64,000 nt of DNA from Alphaproteobacteria bacterium (GTDB lineage Bacteria > Pseudomonadota > Alphaproteobacteria > UBA2966): assembly GCA_964291395.2 (NCBI GenBank), contig OZ219857.1:32001-96000 (forward strand), read 5' to 3'. Below, piece after piece: positions 9,977 to 19,246 of this stretch. Both the position numbers and the translations under genes were made by a program. Every line of letters begins with the position of its first letter. Positions within the stretch are counted from its first letter, which is position 1. A model generated the notes under the pieces. It searched no databases. It had not been told where the DNA came from and worked only from the letters and a program-made list of their open reading frames with translations.

Positions 9977-10744
9977 TCAGATCGCCATCTCACCGGCACG
10001 GATGAGGCCCGTCGCCTCGCCGCCGTCGACCCGATACTCCGAGCCGGTCACGTAGTCGGCGTCGTCAGAAGCCAGAAACACGGCGACCTTGGCGACGTCC
10101 TCGGGCCGGCCCCAGCGACGCGCCAGGTTATCCTTCGCCCACTGGGGACCGATCTCCCCGTCTTCGGCGAGCGAGATATTGAGCGGCGAGGCGATCATGC
10201 TGGGACAGAGCGCGTTGACGCAGATGTTGTTCGCCGAAAGATCCATGGCGAGCGCCCGGGTCAGGCCGACGATCCCGAACTTGGCGGCCACGTAGGCCAC
10301 GCGGTTGGGCCGCCCGCCGATCCCCGCGATCGAGGCGACGTTGACGACCTTGCCCTTTCCACGCGCGATCAGGTGAGGCACCACGGCCTTGGCAGCCAGG
10401 AACTGTCCCGTCAGGTTGACGTCGAGGATGCGCCGCCAGTCTTCCTCCGTGTGGTCGAGGAAAGATTTGACGATACGAATACCGGCGTTGTTGACGAGCG
10501 CGTCGATGCCGCCGAATCGTTCGCTGACGGCGTCGGCGGCAGCCTCGAGCTGATCGAGTTCGGTCACATCGGCCTCGAACGCCGCGGCATCACCGCCCAG
10601 CTCCGCGGCAAGCTCTTCCGCGGCCGGCAGGTTCACGTCGAGCAAGGCCGTTCGCGCGCCTTCCGCGACGAACGCCCTGGCGATCGCGGCGCCGATCCCG
10701 CTGCCTGCGCCCGTGATGACCGTCACCTTGTTCTCCAACCGCAT
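9977..10744 (-). CDS. Short-chain dehydrogenase/reductase
   Basis: TGAGSGIG, NNAG and YVAAK (YxxxK). Confidence 0.92.
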   Translation of the reverse strand: MRLENKVTVITGAGSGIGAAIARAFVAEGARTALLDVNLPAAEELAAELGGDAAAFEADVTELDQLEAAADAVSERFGGIDALVNNAGIRIVKSFLDHTEEDWRRILDVNLTGQFLAAKAVVPHLIARGKGKVVNVASIAGIGGRPNRVAYVAAKFGIVGLTRALAMDLSANNICVNALCPSMIASPLNISLAEDGEIGPQWAKDNLARRWGRPEDVAKVAVFLASDDADYVTGSEYRVDGGEATGLIRAGEMAI

Positions 10745-10863
10745 GCCGCTCTCCCGTCATCCATCCTCCGACCGCCGATCAGACCACGTCCGCCGGGTCG
10801 CCGCCAGCGCCGTTTGTGGTATCAAGGGGCAACTTCGAGATCACGAAGAACGAGGATCGGAAC

Positions 10864-11334
10864 ATGGCGAAAGAACACACCTATTCGGCAACCGTGACGT
10901 GGACGGGAAACCGGGGCGAGGGGACGACCAACTACAAGGCCTATACCCGCCACTACGACATCGCCTGCGACGGCAAGCCGGTGATCAAGGGCTCCGCCGA
11001 TCCCGGATACATGGGCGACGCCGCTTGTCACAACCCGGAGGACATGCTGCTGGCCGCCCTATCCGCCTGCCACATGCTCTGGTACCTGCATCTCTGCGCG
11101 GTCAGCAAAGTCGTGGTGACGGCCTACGAGGATACCGCGGAAGGGGCGATGCTGACCAATCCGGACGGATCCGGCGAGTTCACGGGCGTGACGCTGAAAC
11201 CCCGAATTACGGTTACGCCCGAAAGCGATTTGGCGAAGGCGGAAAGCCTGCACGAAAAGGCGAATGCCATGTGCTTCATCGCCCGGTCCGTCAATTTCCC
11301 CGTCGAACACGACGCGGAGATCACGCAGGGGTGA
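10864..11334 (+). CDS. OsmC/Ohr-family protein
   Basis: NPEDMLLAALSACHMLWYL and CFIARSVNFPV; ATG 10864 preceded by GAGGA. Confidence 0.9.
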   Translation: MAKEHTYSATVTWTGNRGEGTTNYKAYTRHYDIACDGKPVIKGSADPGYMGDAACHNPEDMLLAALSACHMLWYLHLCAVSKVVVTAYEDTAEGAMLTNPDGSGEFTGVTLKPRITVTPESDLAKAESLHEKANAMCFIARSVNFPVEHDAEITQG

Positions 11335-11336
11335 CG

Positions 11337-12356
11337 CTACGCCAGGTAGGCGTCAACCTCGTCCAGGTATTCCCGCTTCTCCGACTCGTCGAGGAACGAA
11401 GCTTCGAACGAATTCCGGGCCAGTTCGGCGAGTTCACGCTCACCGAGTCCGAACGCGTCCCGCAGCGCGCGATAGTTCCCATTGACGTAGCTCCCGAAGT
11501 ACGCGGGATCGTCCGAGTTCACCGTCACGAACAGGCCCGCCTCCCGCATCGCCTCGATCGGATGCGCCGCGATCCCGTCAAAAACCTTGAGACGGACATT
11601 GGAGAGCGGACAAACGGTCAGGGGTATGCGCTCCCGCCGGAGCCGGGCGACGACGTCCGGGTCTTCCATCGCCCGCACGCCATGATCGATGCGCTCGACA
11701 CCGAGCTCATCGAGGGCTTCGCGCACGTAACCCGCCGGGCCTTCCTCGCCCGCGTGCGCCACGGTCCGAAACCCTTCGGAGCGCGCCCTGGCGAACACGT
11801 CGCGAAACTTCGACGGCGGGTTCCCCACCTCGGCCGAATCGAGGCCGACGGCGACGATACGGTCTCGGTAGGGCAGCGAAGCCTCCAACGTAGCCATCGC
11901 GTCCCCGGCAGGCAGGTCCCGGAGGAAACACATGATGAGGCGCGATGTGACGCCGAGAGTCCGGACGCCCTCAGACAGCGCGCCCGCGATGCCCTCGATC
12001 ACCGACCCCAACGGTATGCCGCGTCGCGTGTGCCCCTGGGGATCGAAAAAAATCTCCGCGTGCCGGACATTCTCGGTTCGCGCCCTTTCCAGATAGGCGA
12101 TCGTGAGATCATGGAAATCCCGGGCCTCGCGCAACACCGCCATGCCGCCGTAGTAAAGATCGAGAAATCCCTGCAGGTCCGGGAAGTCGTAGGCCGCCCG
12201 TAATTCTTCAACCGAAGCGTAAGGGAGGGGCACGCCGTTCTTCCGGGCAAGACGGAACATCATCTCGGGCTCCAGCGTCCCCTCGATGTGAAGGTGAAGC
12301 TCGGCCTTCGGCAGGCCGGCAATGAAGTCCCTCCGCTCCGTCAGTCCGTCCACCAT
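11337..12356 (-). CDS. add: Adenosine/adenine deaminase
   Basis: PKAELHLHIEG, AHAGEE, RIDHG, CPLSN and NSDDPAYF. Confidence 0.9.
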   Translation of the reverse strand: MVDGLTERRDFIAGLPKAELHLHIEGTLEPEMMFRLARKNGVPLPYASVEELRAAYDFPDLQGFLDLYYGGMAVLREARDFHDLTIAYLERARTENVRHAEIFFDPQGHTRRGIPLGSVIEGIAGALSEGVRTLGVTSRLIMCFLRDLPAGDAMATLEASLPYRDRIVAVGLDSAEVGNPPSKFRDVFARARSEGFRTVAHAGEEGPAGYVREALDELGVERIDHGVRAMEDPDVVARLRRERIPLTVCPLSNVRLKVFDGIAAHPIEAMREAGLFVTVNSDDPAYFGSYVNGNYRALRDAFGLGERELAELARNSFEASFLDESEKREYLDEVDAYLA

Positions 12357-12467
12357 CCCATTCCAGTCGGCGTTCAGCCCGTGCTCCCGAGACAGGACGG
12401 GGCCGAGAAGGTAACTTCAGGTAACGGGGAAGACCATCGAAAATCAAGACGAGAGGCCCAGATCGCC

Positions 12468-13382
12468 ATGAAGTACGCAGCCCTCATGCCCATGATGGAA
12501 GAACACGCGACGGTGGAGAACCTGATCAGCTTCGCCAAGAAGGCCGAGACGTTGGGATTCCACGCGCTGTTCGCCAGCGACCACGTCGTCATCCCCTATG
12601 AGATCAAACCCGTCTACAAGGGCTCCGCCGACGGCCACTTCCCGTTCCCGAAGGAAGGCATCATCATCGATCCGATCATCGCCATGTCCGTCGTCGGCAC
12701 CGCGACGGAGCGCATCAAGGTGGCGACGGCGATCCTCGTCCTCCCCCATCGGAATCCCCTGCTCGTCGCGAAACAGCTGGCGTCGGTCGACTATCTCACG
12801 GGCGGGCGCGTGATCCTGGGCGCCGGCGTCGGCTGGATGGAGGAGGAGATCACCATGCTCGGCCAGCCCTTCGCAGAGCGGGGCGCCTGGTGCACCGAGG
12901 CCATCGATCTGATGCGCGTCATGTGGGCCGAAGAGAAAGCAAGCTTCCAGGGCCGATATTTCCAGATCCCCGACGTCGGATTCCAGCCCAAGCCCGTGAA
13001 CAAACGCATCCCGATCCTGATCGGCGGCACGTCGAAACCGGCACTGCGCCGGGTGGTCGAGCAGGGCGACGGCTGGCTGCCGTCGAACTCGACCTTCGAG
13101 ATGCTGGAAGACGGCATCGCGACGCTGCAGAAGGGATGCGAGCAACAGGGCCGAGACTACGGCGAACTGGTGATCTGCCTGCGGGCGCGCATGGCCTTCG
13201 AAGCGATGGATTCCAAGTACAAGGTCATGTTCGTGGGATCCGAGGAGCAGATCATCGACAGCCTGGGCCGCCTCAAGGAGATGGGTATCGGCATGGTGCT
13301 CTTCGAGCCGATCTACAAGGAGTACGATCAGTGGGTCGACGCCCACGAACGGATTGCCGCAGACATCATGACGAAGGTTTAG
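12468..13382 (+). CDS. LLM-class flavin/F420-dependent oxidoreductase
   Basis: SDHVVIP, LPHRNPLLVAKQLASVD, GAGVGWMEEE, PILIGG and GDGW. Confidence 0.85.
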   Translation: MKYAALMPMMEEHATVENLISFAKKAETLGFHALFASDHVVIPYEIKPVYKGSADGHFPFPKEGIIIDPIIAMSVVGTATERIKVATAILVLPHRNPLLVAKQLASVDYLTGGRVILGAGVGWMEEEITMLGQPFAERGAWCTEAIDLMRVMWAEEKASFQGRYFQIPDVGFQPKPVNKRIPILIGGTSKPALRRVVEQGDGWLPSNSTFEMLEDGIATLQKGCEQQGRDYGELVICLRARMAFEAMDSKYKVMFVGSEEQIIDSLGRLKEMGIGMVLFEPIYKEYDQWVDAHERIAADIMTKV

Positions 13383-13418
13383 CCCCGCACGAGCGGAGGC
13401 TCCGGCGGTCCGCCGGCT

Positions 13419-14933
13419 CTACTTGAGGAACACCTGATAGACGGGATTCTCGGTCTCCTCGACATACTGGAAGTCCGCATTCTCGAGGAATTCCCGGAAT
13501 TCAGGCTCGCTGCACGCCGACACCTGAAAGCCCATCAGAACACGCCCATAGGCCGATCCATGGTTGCGGTAGTGGAACAGGCTGATATTCCAGCGCTGTC
13601 CCATCTCGTTCAGGAAGCCGAGCAAGGCGCCGGGCCGTTCCGGAAAGAAGAAGCGGTAGAGTTTCTCCTCGAGGCCGCCGCCGCCGTGCCCGCCGACCAT
13701 GTACCGGACGTGGATCTTGGCGAGCTCGTTGTCGGTCATGTCGACGACCGGAAAGCCCGCGCCCTCGAGGGTCGAGAGCAGACCGTCCCGTTCCTGCCGC
13801 CCCTGCTGCAGCTCGAGGCCGACGAAGATCTGTGCGGCTTCGGTGTCCGCGAAGCGGTAGTTGAACTCGGTGATGGAGCGCTTGCCGACGACCTCGCAGA
13901 ACTGCCGAAGACTGCCGGGCCGCTCCGGGATGGTGACGGCGAACAAGGCCTCGCGCTCGCGCCCGATGTCGGCGCGCTCGGAGATGTGCCGCAGGCGGTC
14001 GAAGTTGACGTTGGCGCCGGACAGGATCGCGATCAGCGTCTCGTCGCGGGACTGCCTCGCGGCGGCATAGGCTTTCAGTCCGGCGACGGCGAGGGCCCCG
14101 GCGGGTTCGGCGATCGAGCGGGTGTCCTCGTAAATGTCCAGGATGGCGGCGCAGATCTCGTCGGTGCTCACGAGAACGATGTCGTCCACGCATTCCGCCG
14201 CGATGCGATAGGTCTCCCGTCCGACCGTGCGCACGGCGACGCCGTCGGCAAACAGGCCCACTTCGTTCAGTTCCATCGGGTGCCCCGCCTTCAGCGCGGC
14301 GTGCATGGTGGCGGCATCTTCCGGCTCCACGCCGATGATCCTGATGCCCGGCCAAAGCGCCTTGACGTAGGCCGCGATGCCGGCGATCAGCCCGCCCCCG
14401 CCGATGGGCACGAAGATGGCGTCGATGCCGTTGCCGTGCTGGCGGAGGATCTCCAGACCGATGGTGCCCTGTCCGGCAATCACGTCGGCGTCCTCGAAGG
14501 GATGAACGAAGGTCAAACCCTCGTCGTCCGCGATGACATGAGCCCGCTGGAACGATTCGTCGACGGAAATCCCATGCAGGATGACGTCTCCGCCGAGCCG
14601 CGCGACGGCATCGGACTTGATCCGCGGCGTCGTGGTAGGCATGACGACGACCGCTCTCAGGCCCAGTGCCGACGCCGCAAGCGCCACGCCTTGAGCATGA
14701 TTGCCCGCCGACGCACAAACCACGCCGCCGGCGCAGGCGTCCCTGTCAAGATTGGCGATCTTGTTGTAAGCGCCGCGGATCTTGAACGAGAAGACCGGCT
14801 GCAGATCCTCGCGCTTCAGCAGCACGTTGTGCCGGATCGCCTCGGACAGCAGGGTCATCCGCTCGAGGGGAGTTTCCCGGGCTACGTCATAGACGTTCGC
14901 ACGGAGAACCCGCTCCAGATAGGACTTCGGCAT
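13419..14933 (-). CDS. ilvA: Biosynthetic threonine ammonia-lyase
   Basis: KREDLQPVFSFKIRGAYN, SAGNHAQG and two C-terminal regulatory PERPG repeats; start ATG 14933. Confidence 0.96.
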   Translation of the reverse strand: MPKSYLERVLRANVYDVARETPLERMTLLSEAIRHNVLLKREDLQPVFSFKIRGAYNKIANLDRDACAGGVVCASAGNHAQGVALAASALGLRAVVVMPTTTPRIKSDAVARLGGDVILHGISVDESFQRAHVIADDEGLTFVHPFEDADVIAGQGTIGLEILRQHGNGIDAIFVPIGGGGLIAGIAAYVKALWPGIRIIGVEPEDAATMHAALKAGHPMELNEVGLFADGVAVRTVGRETYRIAAECVDDIVLVSTDEICAAILDIYEDTRSIAEPAGALAVAGLKAYAAARQSRDETLIAILSGANVNFDRLRHISERADIGREREALFAVTIPERPGSLRQFCEVVGKRSITEFNYRFADTEAAQIFVGLELQQGRQERDGLLSTLEGAGFPVVDMTDNELAKIHVRYMVGGHGGGGLEEKLYRFFFPERPGALLGFLNEMGQRWNISLFHYRNHGSAYGRVLMGFQVSACSEPEFREFLENADFQYVEETENPVYQVFLK

Positions 14934-15100
14934 GGCCGTGGACCCCACCTCTCCGCCGGCGGATGAAGGATGGCGGCGCTCCAATGACAGCTTCGCGGCG
15001 ATATTGCAAGATATTCCGACGGAAAAGGCATGGCGACGACGCCCTCGTCGACTCACTTCCGGCGACAATTCAAATCCGGGCCCGCGAATCGAGATCAGAC

Positions 15101-16207
15101 ATGCCGGAGAAATACTTTTCGACAACGTATACCGAGGCACGGGAAAGCTTCCTCTCCGCGTGTCGTGACGCCGGCGCAGCCGTCGAGAGTCACCGCAATC
15201 CAGAGCGTGGACCCGAGGGGGAGCCGCTCTACTGCGATGCGGCCTGGATCGGAGACCGCGCCGCAGGCGGCGTGATCGTCGTGACCTCGGCGACCCATGG
15301 CGTGGAGGGGTACGCCGGATCGGGTATCCAGGTCGGCCTGCTGCGGGACCCGGATGCGCCGAAGCCGGGACCGGGCGCCGCCATGCTGCTCATCCACGCC
15401 CTCAATCCTCACGGCATGGCGTGGCTCCGGCGCGAGAACGAGGACAACGTCGACCTCAACCGGAATTTCGTCGACCACGAAGGCGGCAACTACCCCGAAA
15501 ACGGCCTCTTCGAGGAGCTGGTCGACTTCCTCGTGCCCGAGGTCTGGGACGACGAGGCCTACGAGGCGTACATGGCGGGAATCGCCGGCCTCAACGCGAA
15601 ATACGGCGAGGTGCCGGTCCGCAAGGCGATGCACAAGGGGCAGTACCGCCACCCCGACAGCATTCACTACGGCGGCGACAAGGCGACCTGGTCGAACCGG
15701 ACCTTGAGCCGCATCTGCGCGGACCGTCTGGCCCGGGCGAAATCGGCGGTGATGATCGACCTGCACACGGGCCTCGGCCCCTACGGCTACGGCGAACTGA
15801 TGACGCCCGGCAAACCCGGAGAACCGGTCTACGACCTGCTGTTCGACTGGTATGGAGAGCAGGTGCACAGCACGACGGCCGGCGAGAGCCCGTATGCGGG
15901 TTCCGAGGGCAGCATTCTCGCCGGTTTCCGGCCGCCCGGGGAAGGACTGGAGTGGGCCGCGGTGGGGCTCGAGTACGGCACCCGCGAGCGCGAGCACATC
16001 CGCCGCTGCACACTCGCCAGTTCCTGGCTGCACCTCCATGGCGACCGGAACAGCGATCTCGGCCGGAAGATCCTCCGCGAGTTCAAGGACTGCTATTTCC
16101 CGGACGAAGCGGGATGGAAGGAATCGATCTGGGAGCGCGGCAAGGAGGTCGTGGGCATTGCGCTCGACCGGATCGCCGCGAACCGCCGGTCCGCGCGCGG
16201 GAGGTGA
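15101..16207 (+). CDS. M14-like metallopeptidase (DUF2817)
   Basis: SATHGVEG, HALNPHG, RRENEDNVDLNRNF, DLHTGLG and LEYGT. Confidence 0.85.
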   Translation: MPEKYFSTTYTEARESFLSACRDAGAAVESHRNPERGPEGEPLYCDAAWIGDRAAGGVIVVTSATHGVEGYAGSGIQVGLLRDPDAPKPGPGAAMLLIHALNPHGMAWLRRENEDNVDLNRNFVDHEGGNYPENGLFEELVDFLVPEVWDDEAYEAYMAGIAGLNAKYGEVPVRKAMHKGQYRHPDSIHYGGDKATWSNRTLSRICADRLARAKSAVMIDLHTGLGPYGYGELMTPGKPGEPVYDLLFDWYGEQVHSTTAGESPYAGSEGSILAGFRPPGEGLEWAAVGLEYGTREREHIRRCTLASSWLHLHGDRNSDLGRKILREFKDCYFPDEAGWKESIWERGKEVVGIALDRIAANRRSARGR

Positions 16208-16214
16208 CGGGCCG

Positions 16215-16390
16215 CCGTCCGGCGCGGCGGATGCCGGGGGTCTCCGCGATCCGCCGGCTGGCCGGGTTGTTCCGGTGCCCCAGACAGATCCGCCGCTCGA
16301 TCTCGCCAATCTCCTCGTCCAGGCGAGCGATCCGCGCCCACTGCTCGCGCAAGGTGTCGATGATCATCGCCGGCAACCGCTCGGCGACCC
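16215..16390 (-). mobile_element. IS110-family transposase remnant (internal fragment)
   Basis: ERLPAMIIDTLREQWARIARLDEEIGEIERRI...NPASRRIAETPGI matches the IS110 coiled-coil leading into the IPGIG motif; no N-terminal DEDD domain and no C-terminus. Boundaries approximate. Confidence 0.75.
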
Positions 16391-16604
16391 CGGAACAAGG
16401 TCGGAGCATTTCGCGGTCTGTCTTTCTAACCGACTTCATCGCTGAAGCAGGCCATGAGCGATCAAGGCAAGGAAGAGAACCGGCCGACGGCACCGGATGC
16501 ATGAACGGGATTGGTGCGGGACCCGGCACGGTGTGTCGAGGGCGCTCACCGATTGGACTGCCGTGGGACTTGGAGATGTCGGCTGTGTCGCCAAGCGAAT
16601 TGAC

Positions 16605-17113
16605 GCGAGGCGTGTGGCGGTGCGGTTGAAGCGGCAGCAACGATACACATCTCTGTATGAAGACGACCCTGAACTTCGATGACCGCCTGATTCGCGAAGC
16701 CAAGGCGCGAGCCGCCCAGGACGGCGAAACGCTGACCCGCCTGATCGAGCGCGCCCTGCGGGACTATCTCCGGCCCGCGCGCCGTCCCGTGCGCGATTTC
16801 CGCGCCAGGCTTCTGACCAAGCGGGGTTCTGCACTCGCCGGCGTAGACCTCGACGATCGCGGCCTGCTCTACGAGAGAATGGACGGGCGCGATTGATCGC
16901 GGTTGACACCGACGTTCTCGTTCATGCGCATCGCCAGGACTCGCCAAAGCACGACGCGGCTCACGCACGTGTCGTGGCGCTCGCCGAGTCACCCTCCCGC
17001 TGGGCGATTCCGGTGTTCTGCATCGGGGAGTTCGTTCGGGTAATCACGCACCCGCGGCTGTTCCATGCTCCGCACTCGGCGCGGCGCGGGCGAGGCGTGT
17101 GGCGGTGCGGTTG
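16605..17113. repeat. Perfect 24-bp direct repeat (GCGAGGCGTGTGGCGGTGCGGTTG) flanking the TA module
   Basis: Copies at 16605-16628 and 17090-17113, read directly from the sequence. Confidence 0.9.
16657..16896 (+). CDS. vapB: Type II antitoxin (VapB-like, ribbon-helix-helix)
   Basis: MKTTLNFDDRLIREAKARAA...TLTRLIERALR; 4-bp overlap with the PIN gene. Palindrome ATACA-N6-TGTAT at 16643-16658 is a candidate operator. Confidence 0.85.
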   Translation: MKTTLNFDDRLIREAKARAAQDGETLTRLIERALRDYLRPARRPVRDFRARLLTKRGSALAGVDLDDRGLLYERMDGRD

Positions 17114-17144
17114 GCGAGTTCCTCGACCTTGCATCCGGATTTGA
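16893..17144 (+). pseudogene. vapC: VapC PIN-domain toxin, C-terminally truncated
   Basis: MIAVDTDVLVHA...IGEFVRVITHPRLF. Homology stops at about residue 63, where the IS4 remnant begins, so the C-terminal catalytic Asp residues are missing. Confidence 0.8.
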
Positions 17145-17215
17145 GGATTCGGTGCCAGTCCTCGATGCGCTCCTCCTCCGGCGTGAAGCCCGAGGTCAGG
17201 AAATCCAGGGGCTCG
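17084..17215 (-). mobile_element. IS4-family (IS50/Tn5-like) transposase remnant
   Basis: Minus-strand translation EPLDFLTS...RIEDWHRILKSGCKVEELANRTATRLARA is the catalytic-Glu (YREK) region of IS4/Tn5-type transposases. Boundaries approximate. Confidence 0.75.
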
Positions 17216-17242
17216 CCCGAGGCACCGTCGGTGCGGGGGGTG

Positions 17243-17282
17243 AAGCGAGACTAGGCGAGACTAAGCGAGAACTAGGCGAACT
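17243..17282. repeat. Imperfect ~10-bp tandem repeat, 4 copies
   Basis: AAGCGAGACT AGGCGAGACT AAGCGAGAACT AGGCGAACT. Confidence 0.8.
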
Positions 17283-17300
17283 GAGAACCGGGCCGCCGCG

Positions 17301-18608
17301 GTGCGCCGAGCGCCGAGCGCGTGCTATGTCTGTGAATCCCGTCCCCGCCTTCTCCTTGCCGCCGCGCTAATCCTCGGCGCGCTCGGTCTGTTCGCCCCCG
17401 CTCCCGCCCAAGCGCAGGTCACCATCTGGTCCGCCACCCTGACGGTGGATTTCCGGGACGGAAACTCCGATTCATCGCTCGGATGCAGTGGTGCTCCCGG
17501 CCACACCGCCTGCTCGACCGCCTTAACTGCCGACGACTTCACCTACAAAGGCACCACCTACGAGGTAGCGGATTTGTATTATGAAAGCGGTAGAGTGGAA
17601 CTCCGCTTAAGCGGCGTCTCTGCCAGCGCACTCAAGACCGTGCTCGGTTCGCTGAGGTTGAACGTGGCCGGCCGTCAGTTTGCCCTCAGCGATGGCAGAG
17701 GCGAAGCGCTCGGCAGAGTTAGCTGGCTGATGTCCAATCCAGGCTGGACCGACGGGCAGACGGTCACCCTCGACCTCGACGGCGAGGCGCCGGAGCGCAC
17801 CAGCGCGGACCTGTCGATGACGCTGGCGGCGGCGGGCATGCGGGGCGACCTCTTGCGGCCCGAAGAGACGGGCGGGTTCGCGCTGGCGCTGAAGGCGGAC
17901 GCGTTCTGGGTGCGGACGGAGTCGGACGCGGTCTCGACGCCGGGCGGGGGCAACCTCGCGGGCGCGCGGGCCGAGGCGAGCCGGGTTCGGGCGGTGCTCG
18001 ACGGCTCGCGCAGCTTCGCGCTCGCGGGCGGCGGAACGCTGACGCCGTCGGTGGAGCTCGGGGTGCGCCACGACGGGGGCGACGCGGAGACCGGGACGGG
18101 CACGGAGCTCGGCGCCGGCCTCGGCTACGCGGACCCGTCGCGGCTCGGCCTGGACATGGCGCTGCGGGTGCACGGTCTGGCGGCGCATGCCGAGGACGGC
18201 TACGACGAATGGGGCGTGACGGGGTCGCTGCGGCTGGTGCCGGGCGGCGCCGGGCGCGGTCTGTCTGCGTCGCTCACGCCGTCTTACGGCGTGGACCCGG
18301 GCGGCTCGGAGCGGCTGTGGACGCTGCCGGACGCGTCCGCGCTGGCGGCGAACGACGACGCGCCCCCGTCGAGCCGGCTCGACGCGGAGGTGGGCTACGG
18401 CATGGCGCTGTTCGGCGGCGGCTTCACGGGCACGCCGAATGTCGGGCTGGGGCTCTCGGACACGGCGCGCGAGCTGCGCCTGGGCTGGCGGCTCGCCCCG
18501 GCGGACGGCGGGGGCTTCGAGCTCAATCTCGACGCGGCGCGGCGCGAGGCCGCGAACGACGACGCGCCGGAGCACCGCGTCGGCTTCGGCCTCACCGCGC
18601 GCTGGTGA
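17301..18608 (+). CDS. Secreted surface protein with autotransporter-like C-terminal beta-barrel, probably internally deleted
   Basis: Signal peptide (RLLLAAALILGALGLFAPAPAQA), WSATLTV domain, barrel motifs LTPSVELGVRHDGGDAETG and RLDAEVGYG, terminal Trp (GLTARW). Start uncertain. Confidence 0.65.
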   Translation: MRRAPSACYVCESRPRLLLAAALILGALGLFAPAPAQAQVTIWSATLTVDFRDGNSDSSLGCSGAPGHTACSTALTADDFTYKGTTYEVADLYYESGRVELRLSGVSASALKTVLGSLRLNVAGRQFALSDGRGEALGRVSWLMSNPGWTDGQTVTLDLDGEAPERTSADLSMTLAAAGMRGDLLRPEETGGFALALKADAFWVRTESDAVSTPGGGNLAGARAEASRVRAVLDGSRSFALAGGGTLTPSVELGVRHDGGDAETGTGTELGAGLGYADPSRLGLDMALRVHGLAAHAEDGYDEWGVTGSLRLVPGGAGRGLSASLTPSYGVDPGGSERLWTLPDASALAANDDAPPSSRLDAEVGYGMALFGGGFTGTPNVGLGLSDTARELRLGWRLAPADGGGFELNLDAARREAANDDAPEHRVGFGLTARW

Positions 18609-18907
18609 GGGGAGGCGTGCGGGGCGCGCCGGTAGCTCGCGGCGCAGGCAGGCACGCGGAACGGGAGCGCGGGCGGGCAGTTCGGGCGGGGAGCGACAAC
18701 GACGGGCTGCGGTTCGCGATACCCCTCGGAGCGCGCCCTTTCTCACGCGTGGCCAGCGTCCTCCTTGCCGAACCGCCGGGTGAGACAGGGGCAGTCCGAG
18801 GCTGGCGGGACAGCTCGGGGCGGCCCGCCACGCAATCGACGCACGGCCGGGAAGGTTCCGGTCACCGGCCTCTTCAGGCCGCGATGTCCTGCGCCGGACC
18901 GGCGGAT

Positions 18908-19246
18908 CTAAAGAAGCTTGACGAGGGAGACGATCAGCCCGCCCTGGGCGATCAGCGCCCCGAACAGCCATTTCAGGAGGTCGGCCTTGACCGCCTCGAT
19001 GTCGCGCTTGAGCTCGGCCTTGACTGCCTCGATGTCGCGCTTGAGCTCGGCCTTGACTCGGCTTGAGTCTCGATGTCGCGCTTGAGTCGGCCTCGTGACC
19101 GCAGCGAGGTCGGCCTTCGTGGCAAGGTTGCCGTTGAGAAGGGCGACATGCTCCTCGGCCAGGGTCTCCGCCTGCTTCTCCGTGAAGCCGCTCTCCGTCA
19201 GGCGCTTGACGAACCTGTGGGTGTCGAAGGCGATGGCCTCGCTCAT
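18908..19246 (-). CDS. DUF1640/CCDC90-like membrane-anchored coiled-coil protein
   Basis: MSEAIAFDTHRFVKRLTESGFTEKQAE head, LATKADL neck, VKAELKRDIEA repeats and C-terminal TM (LLKWLFGALIAQGGLIVSLVKLL). Confidence 0.85.
   Translation of the reverse strand: MSEAIAFDTHRFVKRLTESGFTEKQAETLAEEHVALLNGNLATKADLAAVTRPTQARHRDSSRVKAELKRDIEAVKAELKRDIEAVKADLLKWLFGALIAQGGLIVSLVKLL
18981..19095. repeat. 33-bp intragenic tandem repeat (2 near-perfect copies and 1 degenerate)
   Basis: TCGGCCTTGACYGCCTCGATGTCGCGCTTGAGC at 18981-19013 and 19014-19046; an indel-bearing third copy follows. Confidence 0.9.

Noticed and set aside
16405-16604. Non-coding stretch beside the IS110 remnant as a possible bridge RNA
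   Set aside because: No recognisable IS110 end or loop architecture by eye and the transposase is only a fragment; a covariance-model search would be needed.
16643-16652. ATACACATCT resembling the Tn5 mosaic end or Nextera adapter
   Set aside because: Only 10 of 19 nt match; better explained as part of the ATACA-N6-TGTAT palindrome at the antitoxin start.
18981-19095. 33-bp repeats as a possible CRISPR array
   Set aside because: The repeats are contiguous with no spacers, are in frame within a coding gene, and no cas genes are present.
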